Assembly: GCA_004764695.1 (NCBI GenBank)
Contig: SMSO01000034.1
Span: forward strand, 2,914,001-2,978,000
Length of the DNA stretch: 64,000 bases
DNA from: Schizochytrium sp. TIO01
Taxonomy: Eukaryota; Protista; Bigyra: Labyrinthulomycetes
Direction of reading: 5' to 3'
Shown: positions 34,901-46,756 of the stretch, piece by piece
Layout: the number at the start of each line of letters is the position of its first letter
Position numbering within the stretch: position 1 is the first letter of the stretch
The notes under the pieces: model-generated
What the model was told of the DNA's origin: nothing
Database searches by the model: none
The model's input: only the letters and a program-made list of their open reading frames with translations
Program-made: the position numbers and the translations under genes

Positions 34901-36236
34901 AGGAGCTGTGATTGTAACACCTATACCACCGTCGTAGCGAGGTCCACGCGACGACCATGTATAACTCTTGGGAGGAGGGCCTTCGCCGGGCTTCATGCTG
35001 TAATCTGCAAGCATCATGGCTTTTTCTACGTAGGCTCCAACGCCGATGAGCGCATCTGATGTGGATCCCGGTGCACCAACCGTGCTTAAGGCAGGGCCTG
35101 CATTTCCGGCACTGGAAACAAAAATGACACCATGTTTTTCCACAAGGTCACGAGCAAGCTCAGCTGTACGACCTTGGTCAGGCACGCTGGTTGGCTCGCC
35201 AAAGCTCATATTTATAACGTCCACGCCAAGCTCCACGCATGCATTGAACGCACGAATAATCGCAGCACTAGTCTCCATACCACCAATGCGTCCATCGCCG
35301 ATCTTCATAGAGACGACCTGTGCGCCGGGTGCGACGCCATTAAGATCACTCTGCTCGGGGTGGCACCCTGCAGTGATAGACGCCACATGCGTGCCATGAG
35401 CACCTGAGTCCACTACAATGCTCAGCAAGTTACCATTTTCGTAGATGTTGACGCCGAAATTGAGTTGCGATGACTCGTCCCACTTGTCGAACTCAAAGTC
35501 GTCTTTGGCGGCATCTTCATAAATAGCAAATGGGCGAAGAGCACGCACGTGGGTGAGGTCTCCCGAACCGGAGCGGTCCACAAGGGCACGAAAGATTCCC
35601 GTCAGTTCCTTTAAACACAACGCAATCACACCACTCGCCAAGGTTTTCGCGAGACTTTTCAAGACCTTCAAGCAAATCTACTCTGGCCTTGAGCTCGTTT
35701 CGCAAGAGGAGATCTCCACGGGAGAGCGTGCTCTTCTTGGCACTAGGATCAACTTTATGTTCGGCATCGAAAGAGATGAGTGCTTGCCTCGCCTCGCGGA
35801 GAGCGAGTCCATTTTCACGGTCAAATTTTCTAGAGGTTTCCTTTTTGCTGCGATCAGCAAGAAGTGTTGGAAAAAGCTCAAAGCATGACTTGAGACCAAT
35901 GTGCCACTCGCCACTAGGATTTTCATGCGACTTGGGAATTCTCAATCGCCGTCCACTGAGGCCTTTGATAACCCAGGCATCACCATCCTCTTTAACAGAG
36001 CTACCTTTGACAATCTTCGAGGTATCTACATCGCCGCCTCCTGAGGTGTCAAGAAGTCCGACCATTTTTTTTTTGCCATCGCTTGTATATTGCAGGCCCA
36101 CAGCTCCAGGGTCAACGCCAGTGTCGAGGATAGCTACAAGGATCCCACGCCCATCATAAGTTGGATTCTGCTCCAAGAAGGCGCCGGACTCGGTGGACCG
36201 TTTAGGCAGAAGCCCATCAACGGGATATTCGTCCAT
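31952..36236 (-). CDS. TPP2: Tripeptidyl-peptidase II (subtilisin S8), reading frame broken by one extra base near 35596-35600
   Basis: YPVDGLLPK...YDGRGILVAILDTGVDPGA (catalytic Asp) in ORF 35517..36254. HGTHVA (His) and NGTSMASP (Ser) plus the TPPII C-terminal region in ORF 31952..35671. Confidence 0.93.
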
Positions 36237-37336
36237 GTTCTCTGCAAATCGCACTCGACAACCTTCGCTTTCGCAGTGTTAAATCAGAGAAAAACCTTAC
36301 CGTAGGTCACGAGGAGGTCTGGGCAAGTTTCAAATAGTGTCAGGGATGGTTTTTGCAGTAGAAGCCGTCGTTGGAGCGCTTTCGAGCAGCTATCAAATAG
36401 ATCGCTGTTTCGATTCAAGTTTGCTATTGCTGTTCTTCTTGAGACCACCATAATGTTAGTTGACTACTACTACTAACTATAGAGTAAGACTTCTTCTTCT
36501 AACTGTTTTCTTTTAGTGTGAACAACCCATTTTCATATTCTTCCTTCGGGTTCTCCTCCTCCACTCCAACTGTTCAACACACTCAGGTGCAACTTTATTG
36601 GAATTCCAAATTAAGAACCTGAAGTCCGATTTGTAGAGACTACAGACTTTATTCGTGGTTGTTTAGGAAATACTGGTTTTGTTCACGATGGCAGCAAAGA
36701 GTGGAATATACAGCTTAATGCTAATAATTACTATTCATTTTTCGTAGACATCAAAAAGACGTTCTAACACTCAGGGATCATAGACAAAAGGGCACATCAG
36801 GCTTACTTTGTGCTCAGGAAAGTTGGTGACGTAAAGTCAAACATGGTGAGGTCGAAAGTAGCCAACCTTTCCCTGGGATTGACACAAAAATAATCATCTG
36901 CGGCAACGGGAATCTCTAGATTCGCAGAACTCACCAAAAAAGCATTCGCAGCCCCACACGCAAATTCGCAGCTCCACACGCAAAAAAGCGGGAGCTAAAG
37001 CTCAAGAAAAGAGGGATAAAGGGATTGGCTATCTAGATTGTGGCGAGCACGGCCACGATCTGCTGTTAAACAAAAGTCACAATTTGGGAACAGGCCATTC
37101 CTATAAAGGGTAATACGCCACAAGGGATAGTAGCAATAGGATGACTGAGTAGTGCTTGATGATATGATACACCTTGCCCAATATGTGTGAATGTTGAGGT
37201 ACATGTACGAGCATGTGCGCAAACTTTATTTTGGGGTCTTTGAAGGGTTGCTTGTTTCAACGTCGATATGCAATTTCAATGTGCGGATCTTGGTGGGCTG
37301 TGGAGAGAGAAAAGTTTACAAGAAGCAAAACCATCT

Positions 37337-38146
37337 CTAGATATCTTCGTCATCGAGACTACCGAGGTCTGCACGGAATTCATCGCCTCGGCTGACGCGG
37401 ATTGGGCCTCGAAAAGAGTACGGATCGACAATTTGACCACGCTGACGAACCTGTACAATGCCGCGAGCAGCAAGCCGTCGTACCGCCTGCCTTGCGGCTT
37501 CCATTTCGTCTCGCCAATTCTCTAGGCCAAGTCTGCGTGGGACCTCACTGGGGCATATTGTGGAAGCTACTGCTCGTGTCTCCAACAAGCGAAGGATTTC
37601 TGCTTCCATCTGTCGATCGAGCGGACGGAGTTTGGTTGATCTGCATTTCTTGCTACAGAACTTGACTTCTTCCCAGTTGTCTTTCCACTTCTTGCGCATT
37701 TCCATCGTTCTACCACATTTTGCACAGAGCTTGACACGGTCGTCATTAGAGGTTCCCATATTTCCAGTCACTCTCTTTGCAGAGGAGGCCGCAGCTCTTG
37801 CTAAACCCCGCTTCATCTTCAAGCTGTTGTCGTCCTCGCTGGTGTCGTTCTCGTCAAATTTGTTGTTCTCGTCCGAATTTTTCTTGAGCCCTTCGCTGTC
37901 CTCAACGTCCTCAACGTCCTCGTTGTTGTTGTTCTTGCGATGCTTGCTTGTACTCTTCTCGTCGAGCTTTTGGGGATCGGTCTTTTTTGTCTTTTTATCA
38001 GCGCGGCGTTTTTTGCGAGCTGGACGCGGTCCTGCAGTTCGCGCAAGTCGTTGAGGCGCTTGGGAATCACCTGACTCTAGCTCAACACTGTCGCCATCCG
38101 GATCTCTGACGCTGCCCTGGGTGGACTTCGAGCACGAAGCGGCCAT
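37337..38146 (-). CDS. DUF2256 (Zn-finger-like) plus DUF3253 (winged-helix-like) fusion with a low-complexity N-terminus
   Basis: KLCAKCGRTMEMRKKWKDNWEEVKFCSKKCR (DUF2256) and TICPSEVPR...WRDEM...RGPIRV (DUF3253). Confidence 0.85.
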   Translation of the reverse strand: MAASCSKSTQGSVRDPDGDSVELESGDSQAPQRLARTAGPRPARKKRRADKKTKKTDPQKLDEKSTSKHRKNNNNEDVEDVEDSEGLKKNSDENNKFDENDTSEDDNSLKMKRGLARAAASSAKRVTGNMGTSNDDRVKLCAKCGRTMEMRKKWKDNWEEVKFCSKKCRSTKLRPLDRQMEAEILRLLETRAVASTICPSEVPRRLGLENWRDEMEAARQAVRRLAARGIVQVRQRGQIVDPYSFRGPIRVSRGDEFRADLGSLDDEDI

Positions 38147-39141
38147 TGGAGTTGAAGTTTTGCGACCTCAGGCATTGGCTGGGTTCTGTAAGCTCTTTGA
38201 TCACAGTAGGCTCTGTTGTTATTATATTCATAGATTTCGGTCAGAGATTTGCAATTAGAGTGACCAGGAAAATGAATGAAACTCAATATGTTCATTAGAA
38301 TGAACAAAGTCCTTTGAAAACAGCGAGCGACTGACCTAGAGATCAAAGCATAGATGAGCCTCAGTCAGATAACGCTGACCAGTTTGACGTCCATACGGAG
38401 CTTTCTCGAATGTTGTCAGCTTTGGCTTTGAGGCTGGAGAGGGTTGAGACACTCCACAACAGTCTAAAGTTGAAGTTCTTTTCACGAACGAGAAAAAGGA
38501 AAAGTGGAATTGAGAAGTTTCCAGTAGATAGTACATAGAGCCTCCTAAGTCCGTATTAGTTGCCGACCTGCCTAGTAGAGTTCAAAAGAATATTCATGTC
38601 AAAAATAATAAATGGGATCGGGATCGAGGCTGCGCTACTTGAAGCGCCAAGTTGACAATAAAGTGCGTCATAAAATGTAGAAAGCAGGTAGTCCGAATTC
38701 ATTTGCTGGCATGCATTTAGGAAAAAATTTAACTACTCATGTAGGTAGACGGCAAAATAAAATTCATTAAAACGTTTTGAAGTACAATGGTGCTACCACC
38801 AATGCCGTGGCAAGTCAGCTTTATTTGAAGAACCAAAAATATTTTGGTAAAAAAATATCTTCTCCGTGAACCCATGTTGTTTGTAAACCATGGCGGAGTT
38901 TCTTGTCCAGGAGGAATCGACAAGCTAAATTGCAGGCTTTGCACTAACCAAGGTGTAGTTTATTGTTTACTCAGAGAGTGCCACTGTATCAAACCATAGT
39001 AGACTTAAGCCAGAAGTACCAAGTTATATCAATTGAACGTTTTACAGCAGGAATGGGACCCTAGCAGAAAACGTTGAAAGGCAAAGTAGCAACAAAAATA
39101 CAGACTTACTTGCAGGATTCGTACATGTCAGGGAAAGCTAC

Positions 39142-40776
39142 CTACTTGTGGTTTTTGTTGTTTGATTTTTCACGATTCCCTCTATTTGAGCTTGTTGCGA
39201 CTTTTTTCGAGAGAGCACGCTGTGAAACATCATGGTTGTTTGGGAAATCCTCTTCATCTCCTGGAAAAGGAAGATCTACTCCATGGATTGGAAAGGGTTC
39301 AACTCGGTCTCCACCATGTTCGGCCATGAGCATACTAGGATCTATCAGATCGCGCATTTGCTCATTCTTACGAACAAAAACAATTCGGTTTTTCAGATCA
39401 CGGCTGATGATGAAGCGAATGGCATTCCAGGCAATTGTTGTGATCGATGGGGGGTTCAAGAGATAAATGTTACGCAGTAAACCAGGGTATGAAGCTTGCA
39501 AGATCTGAACAAGCATTTTGAGCACGTCCATAGCTGCTCGACATGCCTGATTCTGGTAAGAGAATCGCCCTGCATCCACAATCATGATGTTTTCATATAT
39601 TCCAGGTGGCATGTCCCTGATGCTACGCTCAAAAACATACGCACAAAGTTTTACAAAGAGACGAATATCCTCGCCGGCGAACATTCTTGGAACCAACATA
39701 CCAAGGTCTACATAGAGAACAGGACATCCATCCTTCGCGTGGTAGGCACGACGCACAAGACCAGTAGCAAGGGCTTCCTTAACGTCATGAGACCTTAAAT
39801 TTGCTGGCATATAGTCGTCCCGCCATTCAAGGTGGCTATCAAGCATATCAACAGCCCTTTTTACAACAAAGTCTTTCGACTTGAGAAACTTGAGATAAGT
39901 GGCGTCATTTAGACGGAAAGTTCCGAGATTCTGATTAATTTCTCGGCAGCTCTTGTGTGCAAAAGTCTCTCGCATAAAAGCAAGAGCAATAACTTGTTTC
40001 GAGGAGAGGCTAGGAGTGTTGTCGGCCAGATATGCTTTGTCTGCGTCACTCATTGTTTCGTGCACTTCGTGGCCGTGAGACTGACGTCGACTAAGGCGTC
40101 GAAAAAAGGGCTGTTCTTCGGCGCCATGTCTTGATGCTCGGCGTGAAAGACGCAAGGTTATCCTGCGGCGCATGAATTTCTTCATCAATGACCTTCTTTT
40201 ATGCGATGAGCTTTGTTGCACAGTTCTATCTGCCGAATCCTCATCTCCGCTTGCATGAAGATCCGCACTGCTACTCTGCGTTGTCAGCAGCCCCTGAAAC
40301 TCAGCATCTCTGCCATTGTAATAGTAGTCCTCGTCCTCTTCGTTAGAATCGTCCTCAGTATCCTCCTCGTTTGTAAAAGGATTATGGCTTTTCCAGCGCC
40401 TGTGTTTGCCTTTTCCGGTGGTCATGCCAAATTTTCTTCGTGCCTGCGACATGGTGCGTTCTAGTTTTGCAGCCTCATTCTTTTTTCCCTTACCTCCCGG
40501 GTTCTGATTATTTGGGTCTTCATGGCCATCACGAGTTTCATTTCTACTGCGCTCGCTGTGCGCGCATGCGTCAGCTGTATTTTTACTATCATCATGCTCT
40601 TCACGATCTTGCTGAGTGGTCCGTTTCTCACCTTCATCGTCATCCTCGTCCTCGGCGTTTCCAGATCCATAAAACAGAGTTGTCATCATTGTACCTAGGT
40701 CTACCTGGCTGTAGTCAAGCCCATATTCCTTCGCTAAAGTCGTGGCCTGAGCCCATAGTGCTGCCAAGGTCGTCAT
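39142..40776 (-). CDS. Sec14/CRAL-TRIO lipid-binding protein with a long disordered N-terminus
   Basis: YLKFLKSKDFVVKRAVDML..HLEWR (CRAL-TRIO_N), AKDGCPVLY, YPGLLRNIYLLNPP and EHGG. Confidence 0.9.
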   Translation of the reverse strand: MTTLAALWAQATTLAKEYGLDYSQVDLGTMMTTLFYGSGNAEDEDDDEGEKRTTQQDREEHDDSKNTADACAHSERSRNETRDGHEDPNNQNPGGKGKKNEAAKLERTMSQARRKFGMTTGKGKHRRWKSHNPFTNEEDTEDDSNEEDEDYYYNGRDAEFQGLLTTQSSSADLHASGDEDSADRTVQQSSSHKRRSLMKKFMRRRITLRLSRRASRHGAEEQPFFRRLSRRQSHGHEVHETMSDADKAYLADNTPSLSSKQVIALAFMRETFAHKSCREINQNLGTFRLNDATYLKFLKSKDFVVKRAVDMLDSHLEWRDDYMPANLRSHDVKEALATGLVRRAYHAKDGCPVLYVDLGMLVPRMFAGEDIRLFVKLCAYVFERSIRDMPPGIYENIMIVDAGRFSYQNQACRAAMDVLKMLVQILQASYPGLLRNIYLLNPPSITTIAWNAIRFIISRDLKNRIVFVRKNEQMRDLIDPSMLMAEHGGDRVEPFPIHGVDLPFPGDEEDFPNNHDVSQRALSKKVATSSNRGNREKSNNKNHK

Positions 40777-41206
40777 CCTTCTCCCAGCCTAGCTCAGATA
40801 GGCTTAGCAGCAAAGGCAACAAAGCCAAAGACTATTTTCGATTCTAAAATACTAGTTCTCTAGCTTTGCCACTCAGAATCAAGGTTACGCAGCCAAACTT
40901 GGTCCTCTGCTCTCTAGAGCTGCCCTCTGGAGCAGCCCAGGACGTCGTCCTCACGACCTTTGCCTTCCCTCGAGGTTTTGATTTGCAGCAGCTTGCCAAA
41001 AACAGCTGTTGAAGACGTTGTTATGGATGTGCTCAATCTCTCTCAGAAATTGAAAGCTCTAGAGGGTGACAGTCACGCCTCCCCGAGCGCACCCTCGTTC
41101 GTCAGGAAGGCCTCCCACCAGCGGGAGACCCTCAGGAGATGGTGCTCTCCTCCGTCTGTCCCAAAGTCCCTCTCGCCAAGGCCAGCCTCGCAAGGTTTCA
41201 GGTCTG

Positions 41207-41282
41207 CCTTAGGCGAGCAATCCCTTAGGCGAGCAATCCCTTAGGCGAGCAATCCCTTAGGCGAGCAATCCCTTACGAGCAA
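41207..41282. repeat. 16-bp minisatellite (CCTTAGGCGAGCAATC) x about 4.5
   Basis: TTAGGC recurs at 41209, 41225, 41241 and 41257, with a degenerate copy at 41273. Confidence 0.95.
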
Positions 41283-44200
41283 ACGTGGTAGTCAAGCAAA
41301 CAAAGCAACAAGTAGGTGAGCAAGCGCGCACAGTTCTTGCCTTCTTCTCAATGTTATTTGCACGTGCTTCCTGTGCAGCGCGTTTTTGCATTTTTTTTAT
41401 TTTTTTCCCTTTTTGGTCGTTTATTTATTTTTAAATACTCAAACCTTTCAAGAAATTAAATTCAAGGACCCGTTCGATCAGCAGCATGCTCCCAACAAGC
41501 GAACACTATTTACAACTGCTTTTTCGAGAGCTCCTTTCTCTGAGTGTCAGTCGCGGCGCTTTGCTTTCGCCTTCTCAGATCCTTTCCCCATTAAAGTTGT
41601 GTTGTCTATGTGAAAAGCACGAAGTCCGCAAAGTTTCTTTTGGCGTGGGTAATGCTAACAAAATTCGGCAGCTCAGCTGAAGCACAATTTCTTATTCTTC
41701 GCGTTATCAGGCTGAAATATTTCTTCTGGAGTGCTCATCGCGTCGGATATAGATAGTTAGTTTCCTGTTGCAGTCTTCTTCCCTGGCTCCATCGAACCTC
41801 AGGTGGGCATCGCCAAGTTTAGAGGTCAAATGGCAATCCATTGGTAAGCTGGCAGGCGAATCCTAAGTGTAACTTCGTTCGATGATCAGATTGCACAATC
41901 ATCGCTCGAGCAGTTGAATACTACTTGACTGCTTGTTTCGAACAACCTCGGTATTCGTGGCTTTTAGCTTTCTCCGGTCAGTTGCTCACTCGCTCGCGCT
42001 GGCAGATTTTGATGAAGGAGTGAATTGAGCTGGGTACCTAGTCCTGGTTGTGCCTCGTCGTTTTCTGATCCGAATTCCGTTGTAGCTTCTGCCGTGGTTC
42101 GACATTGCGTGGGAAGAGATGAACGAGTTCGGGCAGAGGATAAATGTAGTAGTGCAATTCGTGGAGGCGAAATGAGCGAGTCCTGAAGAACCTCGAACTC
42201 ATTTCAACGTTTTACCCGCTGCCGTGTGGAAGCTAGCTGCATAGGTCATTCGTTGAGCAAGCAATCTGCAAGCAGCTGTTTGTCCTCTCCTCCAATATCC
42301 CACATGCTTGGCCTCAAGCGACACCAAACAGGTATGTGTGTTGGCTTCTTCTAGGCAGTGGCTTTTCTTTTTACCATGTTCTGCCTAAGAGTCTCTCAGC
42401 TCTTGCAATGCTTGGGGCTAGCTACATCATCTTTTACACACTTTTGTACTGCAGTACGACCTGTTATATCAAGTAGTAGGAGAGGGTGCCGGTGCCTACA
42501 AATGAGAGTTAAATGGAAGAAGATCTTCAAGGTTGGAGCTGTCACCCGGAGTGCAGACGAAGTCGGAGTAGCGGAGCCAAGAGAGCGAAGGTCTTTGCTG
42601 TTTTGCTTGAGGGAACATAATTTATTTTATTATTTTTGTTTTCTTGAAGAAAAAGAAAAGGGGATAGTAGGGACGAAGAGTGAATAAATTGAAAGTCATT
42701 TTAAGACAGAAGATACCAAAGGAAATAACTGAAAATTCAAGTTTTTCTGGTAAAGCCTCCTCGTGCAATAACTCCCGCGCTTTCTACTGGTGTTTCGGCT
42801 TACTTTGCCTCCTGAAAAGCAAAGGCACGATCAATATCCAGATTTTACTATAACATATCATTATTCGAATGCTTACGAGCGGCAGAATAACGAGGGAACC
42901 GGAGAAAAGGATAAGGTCTTCGCAAATATCTTTCGTTCAGACGTAAAAGTTGGAAACGACACATGATCAATATTAATCGCAAATAACATGCCAAGGAAAT
43001 TCATGTTGTTTCAAGCTTAGTTGTGATGGGTCTTCAGTATCGCACCTAATTTGATAATTGCTGCTAAACCCCAACTTGAGTCTCTCAGTAACTGCCCATT
43101 TGCAGATAGATTTCATAGGTAACCACAATTACTGCTTGGTTTAGAATATGGTGAAGTGCATTCTTTTGTTAATACCAAAATTTGACATTCCGAGGGCTAT
43201 TAGATTAAGCAATTGGAGACAGAGATCACCACAAGGTCACCAAGGTTGATGAAGTTTTTCTTTTCTCAGGATTATTATGCTATTGATATTAGAAAACTAT
43301 TATATCAGTAGGGAAATCAAGTTGACCTCGCGATGGTAGCGAGTAAGTTATTGCCAACAACATCTACGGATTTGTCGTTTTCTCAATGTAAGATTTTAAA
43401 TGCGTTTCGTGGAGATGCAGTTGTCATAGTCTTTATTTTTCGCCTCGATTGATTGACAACGGGCGATGTGTTCTTTTCTGAGTTGCAGTGCATGTGCTAT
43501 AACGATTTCTTGATGTTGTGCGACGGCATTTGAAAATGGTACTGAAGTTAGTCGTATAGATTGGAAACAAATGAATTCTACAATTATCAGGCTCTGGCTT
43601 AGTCTTAATGATCATGTCTTTGATGCGGCAGCTTTACACCACTGTGGATACGATTTCCAGGCCTATTGAGGACAATGAAGGTCTGCTAAGACGAGAGAAC
43701 AAATCGATTTATGGCTCTCGTGAGTACAACAACTGACAAGAAAGAGAAAGAGATAGAAAAATAAAACAAATCCTATGGAAAAGAGATGGAAAGTTGTAGA
43801 TGAGCCGAGAAAATGCTAGGACAAGTTACTAACAAGGAAGGAACACGTTCTTGTAGTCTTTACATGCAATCCAGGACGTCTTATCGCCTTGGAGTCACTA
43901 CGTGGATTAGAAAAGATCTATACCATGTTATCTAAAAGCGCAAGGATATCCAGCGGGCACGCATTCCAACTATATTTTGAGCTGAAGAAAAACATTATAT
44001 CACTTTTAGCGGTAACCCTTTAGGTATAAACTCAAGTCAATAATGGGTTGTTAGTGTTAAAACTCGAATAAGTACGTCCATTCCCCACACTTCCGGTAAA
44101 CTACTTGGGTAGGGTGCACACCATCACCATTTAAATTAAAATAAAAAAAATCCCCTACGGAATGCGTTTTCCATGCATAGCTCTTAACCTTCTTACGCCT

Positions 44201-44926
44201 GATACATCATTGAGAGCTCCCCAGCAGGGATTTGTACATAGTCAATTTCAATAAGGGTGTTGCCAAAGACAAAACTTGATAAGCTTTTATGTAGGAATTA
44301 AAGGTGTCTTGGTTTGAATTTCAAGTTTTGTATCTATCACAAACAAAACGCGTTGCAATGTGTGAAAAGAACAGGACGAATACCGGGGAATGGAATCGAG
44401 CACTCTGCTTATGTCTTTTCACACAGAGAACGATATAAGAGCTTGAGACATAGACTATAGTATGAAATCTATTGTAAGCTATGCAATATACTACATGTGC
44501 TAAGAAGTAGTGTGGGTTGCAGGACTGGGAATCACACTACCATTAATTTATTCAAGGCATCGCAATTAATTGAAGATATTAACTCAATGCCCCAAAAGTT
44601 TAGCTGAAGACATTGACGCCCGATACTAATTCACGTTTGCATACAACCATTGGTCCTAAATGAAGCTCTCCGTACGGTCTTTAAGATTATCTTGAGGGTT
44701 CCTGATTCTCACCCGCTCTCTTATTTCCATTTTGATCTATGAGTTGCTAGTATTCGCTTCTGTTATGCGCGTCAGTAAAGTTAGGAAATAAATAGAACGA
44801 AGCTATCACCCAGATTGATGGGATTCATGAAGGAGTAAAAGCGGGTAACATTATGAGTTCGGACAGTGTTTTGTTGCTATCCGTCCGCATACATCATACA
44901 GCACAATGGTTTAGGTTTACTTTCAA

Positions 44927-45038
44927 TCTAGGATTTTCTTATTTTATAATTTTAGTATTAATTATTTATTTATTTATAACTAAATAAATAAATATATATA
45001 TGAAGAAAATGAAAAAGAAATACAGCAAAAATCCTAGA
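44927..45038. repeat. AT-rich nested inverted repeat (fold-back)
   Basis: Outer TCTAGGATTTT (44927) / AAAATCCTAGA (45028). Inner 14-bp stem TATTTATTTATTTA-TAAC-TAAATAAATAAATA (44963-44994). Confidence 0.6.
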
Positions 45039-46756
45039 CTCCTTCTTACCTGAAGACAACTTATTTGGGAGTGGCAAACCTAGCCTCGAATGAATCACTA
45101 GGAGTACTGCAAAAATAGAATATCATATGGAGTCAGCCTACCGACAATGATATCCTTAAGGGCAAGTTTCACTCCGACGTATTTTTCGAAGTAATGGTTC
45201 CTGGCGCGTGGAATGACGCAAGTCTTAATACCTGCACATCGGATTCGACCCTTCCCACTGGTACTGTCGTGCATGTACATCTTTTGGAGATTAGAGTTAA
45301 CGCTTCGCAACACTACACTACTACTTTAGGTCAACATAAACCATAGAAGTTGTTATTTTACCCTCCAAGGCCAATTTGATTGATACGCAGAAATGTGGAG
45401 GAGCGGATTGGGAGCGGAAGAAACGAGTTTTGAAATCTTCCACGGATATGAATTCAAATTGAAGGTTTATAATTTGCGTCTTTTAGTATTATCGTTTTTG
45501 TGTACTGTTTGGCTAACCATTATTTTAACACAACACGACGCGACGCGACGTCCACGCAGTAGTGTGGAAAACGCGAATTTGTTTGATTGGAAACTGAGTT
45601 CAGTCGAGTAGGTATGGTAAAAGCTTCTGATTCCGTAGCGTGCAAAATATCTGTTCATCTATACAACCATCCACTTTCATCTAATACATTTTGACCAAGG
45701 CTAAGGCCTAAAGAGCTCCTAGGGTCATTTCAAATGAAACATTAAAGCCTCAACCAAAACGTTGCTATTTAATGCTTCACGTCGTATCGGGCTAGCTAGT
45801 GAATGGAACTCATTCTAGATTATTTTGTTATTTTATAAAACACGCTGTCCCTTGGAGCCCCCAAGCTCACAAATAATTGTTAATCGTTAAAGCTCATGCT
45901 TTGGATTACAGTTAGGGCGATTCTACACGAGCATCACTATAAGGCTTTAAAACTTGATTACGTATCTTTACTTTGCCGCTCCCACAATGTTTGTCTACTC
46001 ATGACTAGCTAATAGCATATTTGATCCAGTCACGACAAAAACCTGCTAATGCTCCATGCCAGATATATACCAATAGAGATATCAGAAAAGTATCATCAGA
46101 TCGCTCATGATGGCCTAGAAAGGTATAGTATGGAAGAATTTAAGTCTTAGATTCGTCGATTGCTTGTAAGTATGTATGCTTGTTTACGGAAGCTTTGAAC
46201 CAGGCTGAGTAGACATTTGGATTTAACATTTGCTATGCATGTGTTCTAAAGCAACCTACTACGTCGAAAAATGAAAGGAAATCGACAACAAACCACGTCA
46301 TAATTAACTGATTGTAGTTTTCTGACCAAAGTTTTAGACTGGCACATAAATTAAAAGTTTACTTTCCTTCATACTGAAATGAGATGATTAGAGTTCGATA
46401 GAAATCAAGATACTGCTCACTTGGACTAGTTGGAGCTAGTTTGATCATTTTTCTGTTACTGGGCCAACGTTTAGATACTTTTTTGATCTAACATTCACTA
46501 TTTCTAGAGCTTATTTTACGTATAGCTCAAACGAGGACTTCCACATGTGATCGCCCACCGCTATGTACTTTAATAAGTTGGACGTTTAAAATATCGAATG
46601 CACCATTCTAATATTTGAACTGTTTAATAGGAAGTACGGCAAGCTGAAGTCGAAATTCCAAGCAAACGATAGCAGAATCCAAATCCAAAACTGAAACATC
46701 AATTTGCCCAAACATTAAAGAATATATTCAACCTCAAAAGAAGCGAGAGGCTTAAG

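Noticed and set aside
35586-35597. UUU-CGU +1 frameshift motif of PA-X/amalgavirus type at the TPP2 break
   Set aside because: TTT CGT lies in the downstream frame, not the zero frame as that mechanism requires.
36943-36983. 20-bp tandem pair ATTCGCAGC.CCACACGCAA (also imperfect repeats at 20595-20745)
   Set aside because: Two copies only; ordinary slippage duplication.
41207-41282. Possible CRISPR array or telomeric repeat
   Set aside because: Units abut with no spacers, the context is eukaryotic, and the unit is not a telomere hexamer array.
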